Source of the DNA: Candidatus Micrarchaeota archaeon
GTDB lineage: Archaea > Micrarchaeota > Micrarchaeia > Norongarragalinales > Norongarragalinaceae
Direction: 5' to 3'
DNA length: 58,419 bases
NCBI GenBank assembly: GCA_964630975.1
Contig: CAZVVY010000003.1
Coordinates: forward strand, 58,379 to 116,797
The notes beneath the pieces were generated by a model. It did no database searches. It saw nothing but the letters and a program-made list of their open reading frames with translations, and was not told the origin of the DNA. Of the stretch, positions 17,357-26,386 are shown piece after piece. Within the stretch, counting starts at the first letter, position 1, and each line of letters begins with the position of its first letter. A program made the position numbers and the translations under genes.

Positions 17357-20300
17357 TTAACGCTCCCGCCTCTTAAAAGCGTACCACGCCAAGCCGAAAG
17401 CCGCCAAAGCGAAGAGCAACGGCAGCGCGGGCGCGTCCTCGATTAACACTCCGCCGCGGAAACCGCACGAATCCTTGGCGCCGCGAGCCGACACCGCCAA
17501 CTCGTAGTCGCCGACCTCCAACGACTCGAACTCCACTTTGTGCTTGCCGTCGTTGCACGACAACAACCGGACCGAAGCGGGCTCGCCGTCAATCAAGAGC
17601 TCTGCCTTCAACGAGTCGTCGCACGTCAAAGCGCCGTTAACCGTCAACAACGCTTCCACAACGGTTTCGTTTTCGGTTATGCGGGTAGGGCATTTTAAGG
17701 TCAACACCGCATTATCCACCGATTTCTTGGTGGGAGTCGGCTGCACCGAAGGCCTGGGCGGCCTCGGAGTCGGCGTAGGCCTTGAAGACCCGTCGCCCGA
17801 CAAGTGGCCGAACGAAACGCCGCCCGAAGGAACGTAATCGCCGCCGCCACCGCCGGCAGGCGGGACGTCTTGCCCTCCACCGCCACCGCCGCACTGCCCG
17901 CAGTCGGTTACGCAAGTCGAACAAGTCTCGCCGTTGTTGCAAACGCCGTCACCGCAATAAGGGTTGCTTCCGCCGCAGTCCGCCGGGCAACTGCCCGACG
18001 TCTCCCCGTTGTTGCAGATTCCATCACCGCAATACGGGTCGGTTCCGCCGGCGTTCACCGTGAACGAAACAAACGGGCTTTCCGCCGAAGCATCCCCCGT
18101 TTCGTCGCCGCAGTAACCCGTACACTCCACGCTCACAGAATGCGGGCCGTCCGACAACGCGCTCAAAACGCCTTCCCAGTCGGCGGACTGGCCCGAAACG
18201 TCTTGGGCGACGCCCAAAGACCCGTCCAGGTTCTGCCTGCACGAATAAGCGTTGTAGTCGCCGTCGATTGAGAACCGCAAGTCCAAGGTGGAAACGAAGT
18301 ATTCCGCGCCTTCAATCGGGAAGTCCACGGTTATGCCGCGCAATTCGGAAGGCGCTTCAACCACTTCGAATGAAACCGTTTCCGAGTAAGTCCACTCCGG
18401 CGTGTTGAGCACGTAAGGCGAACACGAAACGTTTAGGTAGTGCGTGCCCGCAACGACTTCAAAATCAAAGTAGGGGTCGACCGCGCCCTCAACCATTTCA
18501 TCGATTAACGCGGGTTCGCCGCCGTCCAACTCGTACCTGCAAGAATAATAGTCGTAAGCGCCGCCCACGATGAAAGACGCGGTTACCGCTTTTGCATCCT
18601 CGCATTCGGGGTCGAACGAGTATTCGGCGCCTTCTTCCGGCGAGAGTATGACCGGCTTTTCGGTTTCGTACGAAGTGAAGTAAACCGTGTCCGAATCCTT
18701 GGGGGCGTTCGAACTCAACGCCGGGCCGAATCCCATACAAGAAACCTTTAAATCGTGGTCTCCGTGAGGCGTCAAAACCAAGGGGTCGACAGCGGTAACT
18801 TCTTGTCCCGCCGGAACCAAGTGCGTAACCCCTTTTTCTTCAACGGCAAACGAAAACTCGGCGCCGTCCACGCCGTTGGTGCCTTCCGGAAAGTCGGTGA
18901 TTGAATTGACTCTCACCCAAGCAAGCTTGTCACCCAAGTCGATTAAGCGCCGCTGGCCTTCGGCAAGCTCGAAAACGGTGTTGACGCCCGACTCCAAAGT
19001 AAAGCGCGCAACGCCTTCGTCGTCGATTGAAACCGCTTTTGCGTTCAAGGCGTAGGGTATTCCTTGCGCCCCCGACTCCACCGAATCCAAAGACAAGGTA
19101 ACCCCTCTTTTTTCAACGGATTCGCCGACCGATAATTCCTCGGGGTCGCCGAACGGAGGCGCCCAAACCGCTTCAGAAACCGCGGAACGCCATTCTTCAA
19201 CGCGAACGTCCCCTTCCGCGCCATCCAAATCGTAAGTGCAAGAGTACGCCTCGTAGTCGCCGCCCACCTTGAACTGTAAGCCGATTTCGTCCGCCCAATA
19301 CCCTTCGCCTTCCGCTTTCGCGTGAGGCTCGATTATGACGGGCTTGTTGGGCTCGCGAGTGGTAAAGACTATGGTTTCCGAGCTCTTACTCACTCCACTG
19401 AACAAACCCACTTCAGCATATGCCTCGCCACCCGTTGTAAATGTTAAGTCGTACAAGTGCAGGGAAATCCCGCCGCGATTATAAGACTCGCTTGGTCGCA
19501 GTATGACGGCGTCTTCCTTGCCTTCGTCGTCAGTAATGATGAATTTGGCGGTAGCTGTCTCGCCATCATTATCTTTGTTTATCTCAACCAATTCCGCGAC
19601 AAAACCCCCGCCGGCAATCGTATCACCAACATTCATCATAGGATTGTAGGCGAGTTGTTCGTAATCCTGGCTGGCGCACTCCACGTAAAACGAGTGCTCG
19701 CCGTAGGGAACGTCTTCAAGCGTGCCCGAAACCCATTCCCAGTCGCGGAAGCCCGTTGCCTGCTCGCTTTGCAAGTCGAAGGCGTTGCCGTCCAAAACGC
19801 CGCGGCAACCGTAATACGCGTGAACGGGCGTGCTCGAAACCGCTTCGGGCGCGGGCTCGCCGACGTACAAGTAATCCCCTTGCTCTGAAACGCCGGCAAC
19901 GTATGCAATGCGGAACAATGCCTCAACGTCGTCGCTCCAATACTCGGCGCCGTCTTCGGGCGCCGCCAATTCGACTACGACTTCGCCGTAATCCTGTTCG
20001 CCTTCGCCGCCTCCTGCAACGACGGCGAAGTGAACGGGGTCCGAAGTTATTTCAACGGGTTCGCCGGCAGGGGAAAGCACTAATTCACGGCAGTAAACGC
20101 TTACCGCGTAATCGCCGTCCTCTTCAACTTCGAGGTAAACCCTTTTTTGGCCGCCGCCCAAACCCACGGTTCCGGGCACTTCAACCCAATCGGAAAAGGT
20201 TTTGTTCACGGAGTCCTGCGAAACCGCGGACAACGAATAAAAGCATTCATAAGACGAAGGCAGTTGCGGGCCTTCTTCATCGCCTTCTGGTTCCGTTCCC

Positions 20301-22096
20301 GCCGCGGTCGGGCAACAATAATTTTCGGCGCCTATTGCTTCGACCGCGTCGCCGCAATCCGGCTCCAAATAACACCCCTCGGTTTGAGCCGCTTCCGAAC
20401 TCGAAGCACAGCGGTAACCCGGCTCGCAAAGGTTTTGAATCGCGCCGCCGTCACCGTCACCGTCATCATCCTCGTCTCCCTCGCAAACCTGTTCAAGCAC
20501 GTCATCCAAATCCTTGTGCGGTCCCAAGTCAACGCACCAATCGCCTTCACAAGAATAGCCGTCGTGCTCGCTGTAACAACCGTTCTCCAACTCGCTGTGA
20601 TGATCCCCGTTTATTAAGGAATACCAAGTCGAATGCGTGTCGCCTTCCTCTTCCGTGATGCAGAGCCGCCTCTCACTCCAATCCGAGCATTGAACGGGTT
20701 TCGAAGGATCTAACATCGACGGGCAAACGTAGCAAGTGCCGGTTGAGCAAGACCTCACCAACTTGTAATAATCGCCTTCCTCACATCCGTACGCGTAATC
20801 GTTTTCAGGGCACACCCAATAAAACGCGTCCCCGCCGTAATCCGAGTCGTCTTCCAACGTTTGGCAACCCTTGTCAACGCAGTCGTCGGGCAGGCCGCCC
20901 GAAACGCATTCGCCGAACAAAACGTCGCCAAAACCAGTAGTTTCTTCTAGAATACATTCACCGATTATTTCGTCCTCGCACGTTTCACCCGAAAAACTCG
21001 CTTTTGAGTTTGCTTGAGCGGACGCTGCTTGAAGGGCCGGCCCGGTCAAAGAAAACTTGAGGGCGAACGGCGACTCGTATTCTTCGCCTTCGCGCGGCGA
21101 ATCAATTGAAACGCAGAGTTCGCGGGTTACCTCGTCCGAAGCCTCGGAAATAGCGAGTTCTTCGAACAAGAATTGGGGTACGCCTCCCCGATAAGCGGTG
21201 AAGGTTACGCGCACGTTTTCAACCAGGTACGAGCCGCCTTTTTCGATTGGCGGAGTCATCACGGACTCGCCGCCGCCCGACACTTGAAGGACGGCGTCCG
21301 AAGCGCTCACCAAAGAAGGCTCGAATTCGAGGCCGCCGAACCCGGTTTTAGAGCCCTGGGAAAGAGTAACGGTTTCCGAAGACAACACTTCTTGGGAGAC
21401 GACCGGCGCGCCGTCGCCGCCGAGCACTACGTCGACGCACTTCAAGTAAGGCGGCGCAATGCACGCGCCGTCCTCACACCCGTAAGGGCAGTCAATCAAG
21501 GCGTTCTGGCACGAAGACCCCCCTTCGGAGTTTATTGCCGACGAACAATACCATTCGCGTAATTGGTCATCATTAACGCATTCGTCCTTGCGCACGATGG
21601 TGCCGGCTCCCTCGTGGCAGGTCCCTGCAACCAATTCCTTCAAGCCGTTGTCGGAGTCGCTGCAAACCGCGAGCTCCGAGCGCGTGAACAGGAATGAAAC
21701 CGAGTCCTCCAACTCGGGTTCGGCCGTGCCGAAGAGAAAGTCGGCGAAGCCCGTCAACAAGTCGGTTTGCTTTCGGCAGCGAACCGTCAACGAATACTTG
21801 GCGTCGCCTTGGCCGAAGTGGAGGGCGCTGTTGACCGTGTAATCCTGAAAAGCCTGCGAGCCGTATTCAAAGGAGCCGAGGGACTCGGGTTCGGCGCCGT
21901 TGGGCGAGGCCGCAGCCGACAAGGACAACTCGTATTCGCAGTCGTAAGTAGCGGGCGAATCCGCTGAAATCCCGAACGTCAAAGGCAGGACTCCGCTCGA
22001 ACTTCGTTGGATACCGGAATCCGGCTCGATTATTTCGAGGCTTGCCGCCGAAGCGAACAAACAAAACAATAAGGCGAAATACAAAGTTTTTTTCAT
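17357..22096 (-). CDS. Secreted, C-terminally anchored surface protein (~1579 aa), paralog of the adjacent 952-aa protein
   Basis: RBS GGGAGG before MKKTLYFALLF signal peptide; six Ig-like modules; CSDSDNG domain; two CGDGxCNNGET...C..DCG repeats; tail EDAPALPLLFALAAFGLAWYAFKRRER. Confidence 0.82.
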   Translation of the reverse strand: MKKTLYFALLFCLFASAASLEIIEPDSGIQRSSSGVLPLTFGISADSPATYDCEYELSLSAAASPNGAEPESLGSFEYGSQAFQDYTVNSALHFGQGDAKYSLTVRCRKQTDLLTGFADFLFGTAEPELEDSVSFLFTRSELAVCSDSDNGLKELVAGTCHEGAGTIVRKDECVNDDQLREWYCSSAINSEGGSSCQNALIDCPYGCEDGACIAPPYLKCVDVVLGGDGAPVVSQEVLSSETVTLSQGSKTGFGGLEFEPSLVSASDAVLQVSGGGESVMTPPIEKGGSYLVENVRVTFTAYRGGVPQFLFEELAISEASDEVTRELCVSIDSPREGEEYESPFALKFSLTGPALQAASAQANSKASFSGETCEDEIIGECILEETTGFGDVLFGECVSGGLPDDCVDKGCQTLEDDSDYGGDAFYWVCPENDYAYGCEEGDYYKLVRSCSTGTCYVCPSMLDPSKPVQCSDWSERRLCITEEEGDTHSTWYSLINGDHHSELENGCYSEHDGYSCEGDWCVDLGPHKDLDDVLEQVCEGDEDDDGDGDGGAIQNLCEPGYRCASSSEAAQTEGCYLEPDCGDAVEAIGAENYCCPTAAGTEPEGDEEGPQLPSSYECFYSLSAVSQDSVNKTFSDWVEVPGTVGLGGGQKRVYLEVEEDGDYAVSVYCRELVLSPAGEPVEITSDPVHFAVVAGGGEGEQDYGEVVVELAAPEDGAEYWSDDVEALFRIAYVAGVSEQGDYLYVGEPAPEAVSSTPVHAYYGCRGVLDGNAFDLQSEQATGFRDWEWVSGTLEDVPYGEHSFYVECASQDYEQLAYNPMMNVGDTIAGGGFVAELVEINKDNDGETATAKFIITDDEGKEDAVILRPSESYNRGGISLHLYDLTFTTGGEAYAEVGLFSGVSKSSETIVFTTREPNKPVIIEPHAKAEGEGYWADEIGLQFKVGGDYEAYSCTYDLDGAEGDVRVEEWRSAVSEAVWAPPFGDPEELSVGESVEKRGVTLSLDSVESGAQGIPYALNAKAVSIDDEGVARFTLESGVNTVFELAEGQRRLIDLGDKLAWVRVNSITDFPEGTNGVDGAEFSFAVEEKGVTHLVPAGQEVTAVDPLVLTPHGDHDLKVSCMGFGPALSSNAPKDSDTVYFTSYETEKPVILSPEEGAEYSFDPECEDAKAVTASFIVGGAYDYYSCRYELDGGEPALIDEMVEGAVDPYFDFEVVAGTHYLNVSCSPYVLNTPEWTYSETVSFEVVEAPSELRGITVDFPIEGAEYFVSTLDLRFSIDGDYNAYSCRQNLDGSLGVAQDVSGQSADWEGVLSALSDGPHSVSVECTGYCGDETGDASAESPFVSFTVNAGGTDPYCGDGICNNGETSGSCPADCGGSNPYCGDGVCNNGETCSTCVTDCGQCGGGGGGQDVPPAGGGGGDYVPSGGVSFGHLSGDGSSRPTPTPRPPRPSVQPTPTKKSVDNAVLTLKCPTRITENETVVEALLTVNGALTCDDSLKAELLIDGEPASVRLLSCNDGKHKVEFESLEVGDYELAVSARGAKDSCGFRGGVLIEDAPALPLLFALAAFGLAWYAFKRRER

Positions 22097-22186
22097 GACT
22101 TTCCCTCCCAAGCGAAGCATATGAATATTTTAATGGCTTAAATGGTTAAAAAACCGATTGCATAAAAAAGGGGGCTAGCCAAAACA

Positions 22187-22672
22187 ATGAATATGGCTAA
22201 ACTGTTTCCTTCGCCGAACCAAGTGGGTCGCGCCGCGCACGGGTTGTTGAGGTTGCTACCCTTCGGAAGCAGTACTTCTTTATTGCTTGACAAAACCGGG
22301 ATTTCACGCATTCCTCCCTCGGAAAGCGAGTTGGAAGCGCGCAGAAGACTATTGTTGGCGCACACCAACGCTTACCTCCAATCCAATGAAAATCAACGGG
22401 TTCGAGGCGTTCAACAACAACCGCAATTCGAGGCGCGCCAAGCCGGCCGAAACAAGTTGTTGGAAGAATTCGCTCGACGAAGGCCGCAATTCGAGGCGGG
22501 GCCGGAAAGCGGGGGCGAAAGGATTAGGCGGGTCGCCGCGGAAAGGCGGGAAAACGCGAGGCGGACAATCGACTTCCACAAGGATGTGTTGGGTTACGCC
22601 GAGCAAACCGCGAGAAATCGGGAAATTAATCTTCCAAGGGAAACGCGCAAGCGTTTGAGGCGGGTCGCTTGA
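22187..22672 (+). CDS. Hypothetical soluble basic protein
   Basis: Fills the gap, and its stop overlaps the next start; no motif recognised. Confidence 0.5.
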   Translation: MNMAKLFPSPNQVGRAAHGLLRLLPFGSSTSLLLDKTGISRIPPSESELEARRRLLLAHTNAYLQSNENQRVRGVQQQPQFEARQAGRNKLLEEFARRRPQFEAGPESGGERIRRVAAERRENARRTIDFHKDVLGYAEQTARNREINLPRETRKRLRRVA

Positions 22673-23436
22673 AGGCAGTTGAATGGCTGCGCGCGGGTTG
22701 GCGTTTTGCGTCAAGGCCGCAAAACGTGCAGCCTTTTTACTTGTTGAACGCGGGATTCTTTTTGTTGGCGGGCGTCGCGTCGTTATCCTTTTTCTCCTCG
22801 GTTCTCGAAGGGCCCGTCGCGTTGCTGGCCGCGATAAAGGATTTGGCTTGGGCGGTTCCGTTGGCGCTCTTATTCGCGTTAGCTTTTTTCGTGGCGCACT
22901 CGTGGCTTGCTTTGGCTGCTTACTACCGTTTCGCGAAGAAGAGGAGCGTTTTCAGGAAGGCGTTAAGGGTTTTGCCGGGTGCTTTGGCGGCGGTTTTGTT
23001 TATCGTATTGGTTAGGGCGGCATTTGAGTCGACGGCGGAGCACGGTTTTTGGTGGGGGGTTACGGGCACGGCTTTGTCGGCGTTCGCGTCCCTGGCCTTT
23101 CTTTTCGTAATCCCGTCTTACGCGTTTCGCCGCGGTTTGTTGAAGGCGTTTAAGGAGTCGTGGGAATTGTTTTCGCGCGAAGCGCTGGAAGTGTTGGCGT
23201 TCGCCTTGGGTTCGACGGTGGCGGGGGTCTGCGTGTTGGTTTTCGGAGTGTTTGCAGCCGTTCTCGCCGCTTTGCTCGGGTTGGTTTGGCCGCCGCTGTT
23301 CCTCGTTTCGCTTCCGCTCGCGCTCGTGTTGTTGAGTTACTTCGCGGGTTTTGCGCAGGCATTCGGCGCGGGGGCGACTGCCGCGGCATACCTTAATTTG
23401 AGTCGGAAATCATTTCGCGGACGACGTCGCGCGTAA
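22669..23436 (+). CDS. Hypothetical polytopic membrane protein
   Basis: About 6 TM helices; A.k.SW.l motif; TTG start overlapping the upstream TGA. Confidence 0.7.
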   Translation: MKAVEWLRAGWRFASRPQNVQPFYLLNAGFFLLAGVASLSFFSSVLEGPVALLAAIKDLAWAVPLALLFALAFFVAHSWLALAAYYRFAKKRSVFRKALRVLPGALAAVLFIVLVRAAFESTAEHGFWWGVTGTALSAFASLAFLFVIPSYAFRRGLLKAFKESWELFSREALEVLAFALGSTVAGVCVLVFGVFAAVLAALLGLVWPPLFLVSLPLALVLLSYFAGFAQAFGAGATAAAYLNLSRKSFRGRRRA

Positions 23437-23734
23437 CGAATTCGAGGGGGTTCACCATGTCGATGGTGTGCTTTACTTCGGATACATCTTGTTTGAGGGA
23501 GTCCAACTCTTCCCGCATTGACTGCATTTTTTGGGCGTCGGCGGCTTCGGATTGGGGTGAAGACGCGCCGGCGTTAATGGATTTGACTTTGTCGTTGACG
23601 GTTACCACGGTCTTGCCGAGAACCTTCATGTTTTGCTCCAGCGTATTCATTTTTTGGACTACCAAGTCGAGTTTTGATTGTAGGGAGCGCAAGTCGTTTT
23701 CCAGGTTCGTGTTTTTTTGTTGGGGCCTCGGCAC
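23393..23734 (-). CDS. Hypothetical coiled-coil protein
   Basis: Heptad-like LENDLRSLQSKLDLVVQKMNTLE...; divergent from polB. Confidence 0.65.
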   Translation of the reverse strand: MPRPQQKNTNLENDLRSLQSKLDLVVQKMNTLEQNMKVLGKTVVTVNDKVKSINAGASSPQSEAADAQKMQSMREELDSLKQDVSEVKHTIDMVNPLEFVTRDVVREMISDSN

Positions 23735-23781
23735 TAAATCACCTAAACCCCTTAAAACGCGGCAACATTAAAATACTTGTT

Positions 23782-26055
23782 ATGAAGGGCTTGTTACTCG
23801 ACGTCGACTCCGGGGGAAAAGAAGGGCGCATTCGCCTCCTCGTAAGGGCGAATGGAAAAACGCGGTTTTACGAGGACGCTTCTTTCAAGCCCTATTTTTA
23901 CGTGGACTCGGCGAAGAAGCCGGAGCACGCGCTCGTGGAAAAAGCGGTGGAAGTGGAGCGCGAGTTGAACGGCGAAAAAAAGAGGGTTTACCAAGTGTTT
24001 TGTTCGAAGCCGTCCGACGTGCCGCGTGCGGCCGAGGAATTGGCGGCGTACGGCGAGGTCTTCGAACAAAAAATCCCTTTTCACCGTAGGTACTGCGTCG
24101 ACAAGGGTTTGAAGCCGTGCGGGGGAGTGGAATTCGACGAAGGCGTGAAAAACGTTAGGTGTTGCGAAGCCGAATTCGATGCTTCCTTGTTGTCGTTCGA
24201 CATCGAGACGCACAACAAGCGCGGCACTTCCGAGGCGGGCCGCGACCCCGCCATAATAATAGGGTATGCTTCCCCGGAAAAGTCGGGGACGCTTTCCTAC
24301 GGGAAAAGCGGCTCCGAAAAAGGGATGCTTGAAGAATTCTCGGCGTTCGTCGAAAAAGAGGACCCCGACTTGTTGTTGACTTACAACGGCGACGGCTTCG
24401 ACGTGCCTTACTTGAAGGAGCGCGCGAGGCGCGGGAAGGCGGATTACTCGTTGTCGCGTGACGGAAAGCCGGCGGCAATCCGCTCTTTCGGCGCCAGGCA
24501 GAGCGCGCGGGTTTCGGGGCGCGTGCACTTCGACGTTTACAACGCGGTTTACTTCTTGAACTACATCGGAGCCATAAAGTCGCCGCGCCTCAAGCTGGAA
24601 ACCGTTTACGAAAACGTGTTCAACAAGGAAAAAAAGGATTTGGATAAGAAGCTGATTTGGGAGTTGTGGGAGAAAGGCGACAAACGGGTTTTCGAGTATT
24701 GTGAGAGTGATGCCAAGGCGTGCCTCGAGTTGGGCGAACGCTTTTTGGCGATGCAAGCCGAGCTCGCCAAAGTTAGCGGTTTGCCTCTCTTCGATTCTTC
24801 GCGGGCTACGGCGGGCCAACTCGTGGAAGCGTTGTTGATGCGCGAGTCTTTCAAGCGGGGCTTGCTCTTGCCCAACAAACCGGGTTACTCGCAGGTGCGC
24901 TCGCGACTCGCCAACCCTATTCAAGGCGCGTTCGTGAAGATGCCGGAGCCCGGCGTGTACGAAAACGTAGTCGTTTTCGACTTTCGGTCGCTTTACCCCA
25001 GCATAATCGTTTCACACAACGTGGACTTGGCTACTCTCGACGGGTCCGCGGAAAACAACGAGTCGCCGGCGGGCCACCGCTTTTCCTTGAAGAAAAAAGG
25101 CTTGATTCCCTCCGTGCTCAAGGAAGTCCTCGAAAAAAGGTATGCGTTGAAGGACGCGATGAAGAAGGCGAAGGGCGCGGAAAGGGAGCGGCTTCACGCA
25201 CGGCAGTGGGCCCTCAAGATTTTGGCGAACTCGTTTTACGGTTACATGGTTTACTCGCGTTCGCGCTGGTATTCCCGGGAAGCCGGGGAAAGCATTACGG
25301 CGTGGGCCAGGCACTACATCAAGGACACCATTAGGAAAGCCGACGAAGCCGGGTTCAACGTGATTTACTCGGATACGGATTCGGTGATGATGCAGTGCCC
25401 AAGCGACGAAAAAGCGCTTGAATTCCAAGAAAAAATCAATGGGTCCCTGCCCGCGGGAATGGAACTCGAACTCGAAGACTTTTACCCGCGCGGAATATTC
25501 GTGTCCAAGAAACACGGCGACGAGGGAGCCAAGAAAAAGTACGCGTTAATCAACCGCGAAGGAAAAATAAAGATTCGCGGCTTCGAACTCGTGCGCCGCG
25601 ACTGGAGCAAGGTCGCGCGCGAAACCCAGCGCGAAGTGCTTGAAACCCTGCTCAAGGAAGGCGACGTCGACAAAGCCGTTAAAGCCGTGAAAAAAGTCGT
25701 CGAAGAATTGAAGTCGGGTTCGGTTCCGTTGGAAGGCCTCGTCATAACCACTCAACTCCGAAAAAAAGTGAAGGACTACGCGGTGAGGAGCCCGGAAGTG
25801 CACGCCGTAAAGCACGCGCGAAAACACGGCGTGCGAATAGAGGAGAACGCGGTGGTCGGCTACGTAATCACGCAGAAAGGAAAAAGCATTTCGGACAAGG
25901 CGGTGGTCGCCGAGCTCGCAAAGGATTACGATGCAGAGTACTACGTTGAAAAACAGGTTTTGCCTTCGGTGCTAAAGATTTTGGGCGCGCTGGGGTACGA
26001 CGAGGAAGACATTAAGACGGGTGGAAAGCAGACCGGGCTAGGGGCTTGGAAATAA
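23782..26055 (+). CDS. polB: Family B DNA polymerase with 3'-5' exonuclease
   Basis: Exo motifs FDIET, YNGDGFD and YCESD; pol motifs DFRSLYPSII, KILANSFYGY and YSDTDS. Start reassigned to ATG 23782. Confidence 0.97.
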   Translation: MKGLLLDVDSGGKEGRIRLLVRANGKTRFYEDASFKPYFYVDSAKKPEHALVEKAVEVERELNGEKKRVYQVFCSKPSDVPRAAEELAAYGEVFEQKIPFHRRYCVDKGLKPCGGVEFDEGVKNVRCCEAEFDASLLSFDIETHNKRGTSEAGRDPAIIIGYASPEKSGTLSYGKSGSEKGMLEEFSAFVEKEDPDLLLTYNGDGFDVPYLKERARRGKADYSLSRDGKPAAIRSFGARQSARVSGRVHFDVYNAVYFLNYIGAIKSPRLKLETVYENVFNKEKKDLDKKLIWELWEKGDKRVFEYCESDAKACLELGERFLAMQAELAKVSGLPLFDSSRATAGQLVEALLMRESFKRGLLLPNKPGYSQVRSRLANPIQGAFVKMPEPGVYENVVVFDFRSLYPSIIVSHNVDLATLDGSAENNESPAGHRFSLKKKGLIPSVLKEVLEKRYALKDAMKKAKGAERERLHARQWALKILANSFYGYMVYSRSRWYSREAGESITAWARHYIKDTIRKADEAGFNVIYSDTDSVMMQCPSDEKALEFQEKINGSLPAGMELELEDFYPRGIFVSKKHGDEGAKKKYALINREGKIKIRGFELVRRDWSKVARETQREVLETLLKEGDVDKAVKAVKKVVEELKSGSVPLEGLVITTQLRKKVKDYAVRSPEVHAVKHARKHGVRIEENAVVGYVITQKGKSISDKAVVAELAKDYDAEYYVEKQVLPSVLKILGALGYDEEDIKTGGKQTGLGAWK

Positions 26056-26382
26056 TTTTTCCTGTATTTGTTTGCGCCATTTTTTAGGGGGATAATGCTT
26101 TACTTTCCTGCCGGCAAACCCTTTTTCGGCCAACAAAGCCCTGAATTTTCCGGTGTTCAATGAATCGAAGTCACTTATCCTTTTCACTCCGTAAACAGTG
26201 AAAGCGCCGCGTGCCCCGAACAATCGTTCCGATATTTCGTCGGGAAGCGCGCCTAGCGACTCTCCCAACAAGCACAACGAGTCCTCAATCGGGTGTTCGT
26301 GAAAAAGGTAAGTCGCGTTGCCCCAACGTATTTCCGAAACGCTGCTTTTGATTACCTTGACTCTCTCGACGTTTTCAGGCAA
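26038..26382 (-). CDS. Hypothetical protein
   Basis: Fills the gap after the surface protein; no motif recognised. Confidence 0.45.
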   Translation of the reverse strand: MPENVERVKVIKSSVSEIRWGNATYLFHEHPIEDSLCLLGESLGALPDEISERLFGARGAFTVYGVKRISDFDSLNTGKFRALLAEKGFAGRKVKHYPPKKWRKQIQEKLFPSP

Positions 26383-26386
26383 AAAA

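Noticed and set aside
17860-18050. Gly/Cys repeats as a mobile or DNA-level repeat
   Set aside because: They are protein-level CGDGxC repeats and Gly linkers within the surface protein, already covered there.
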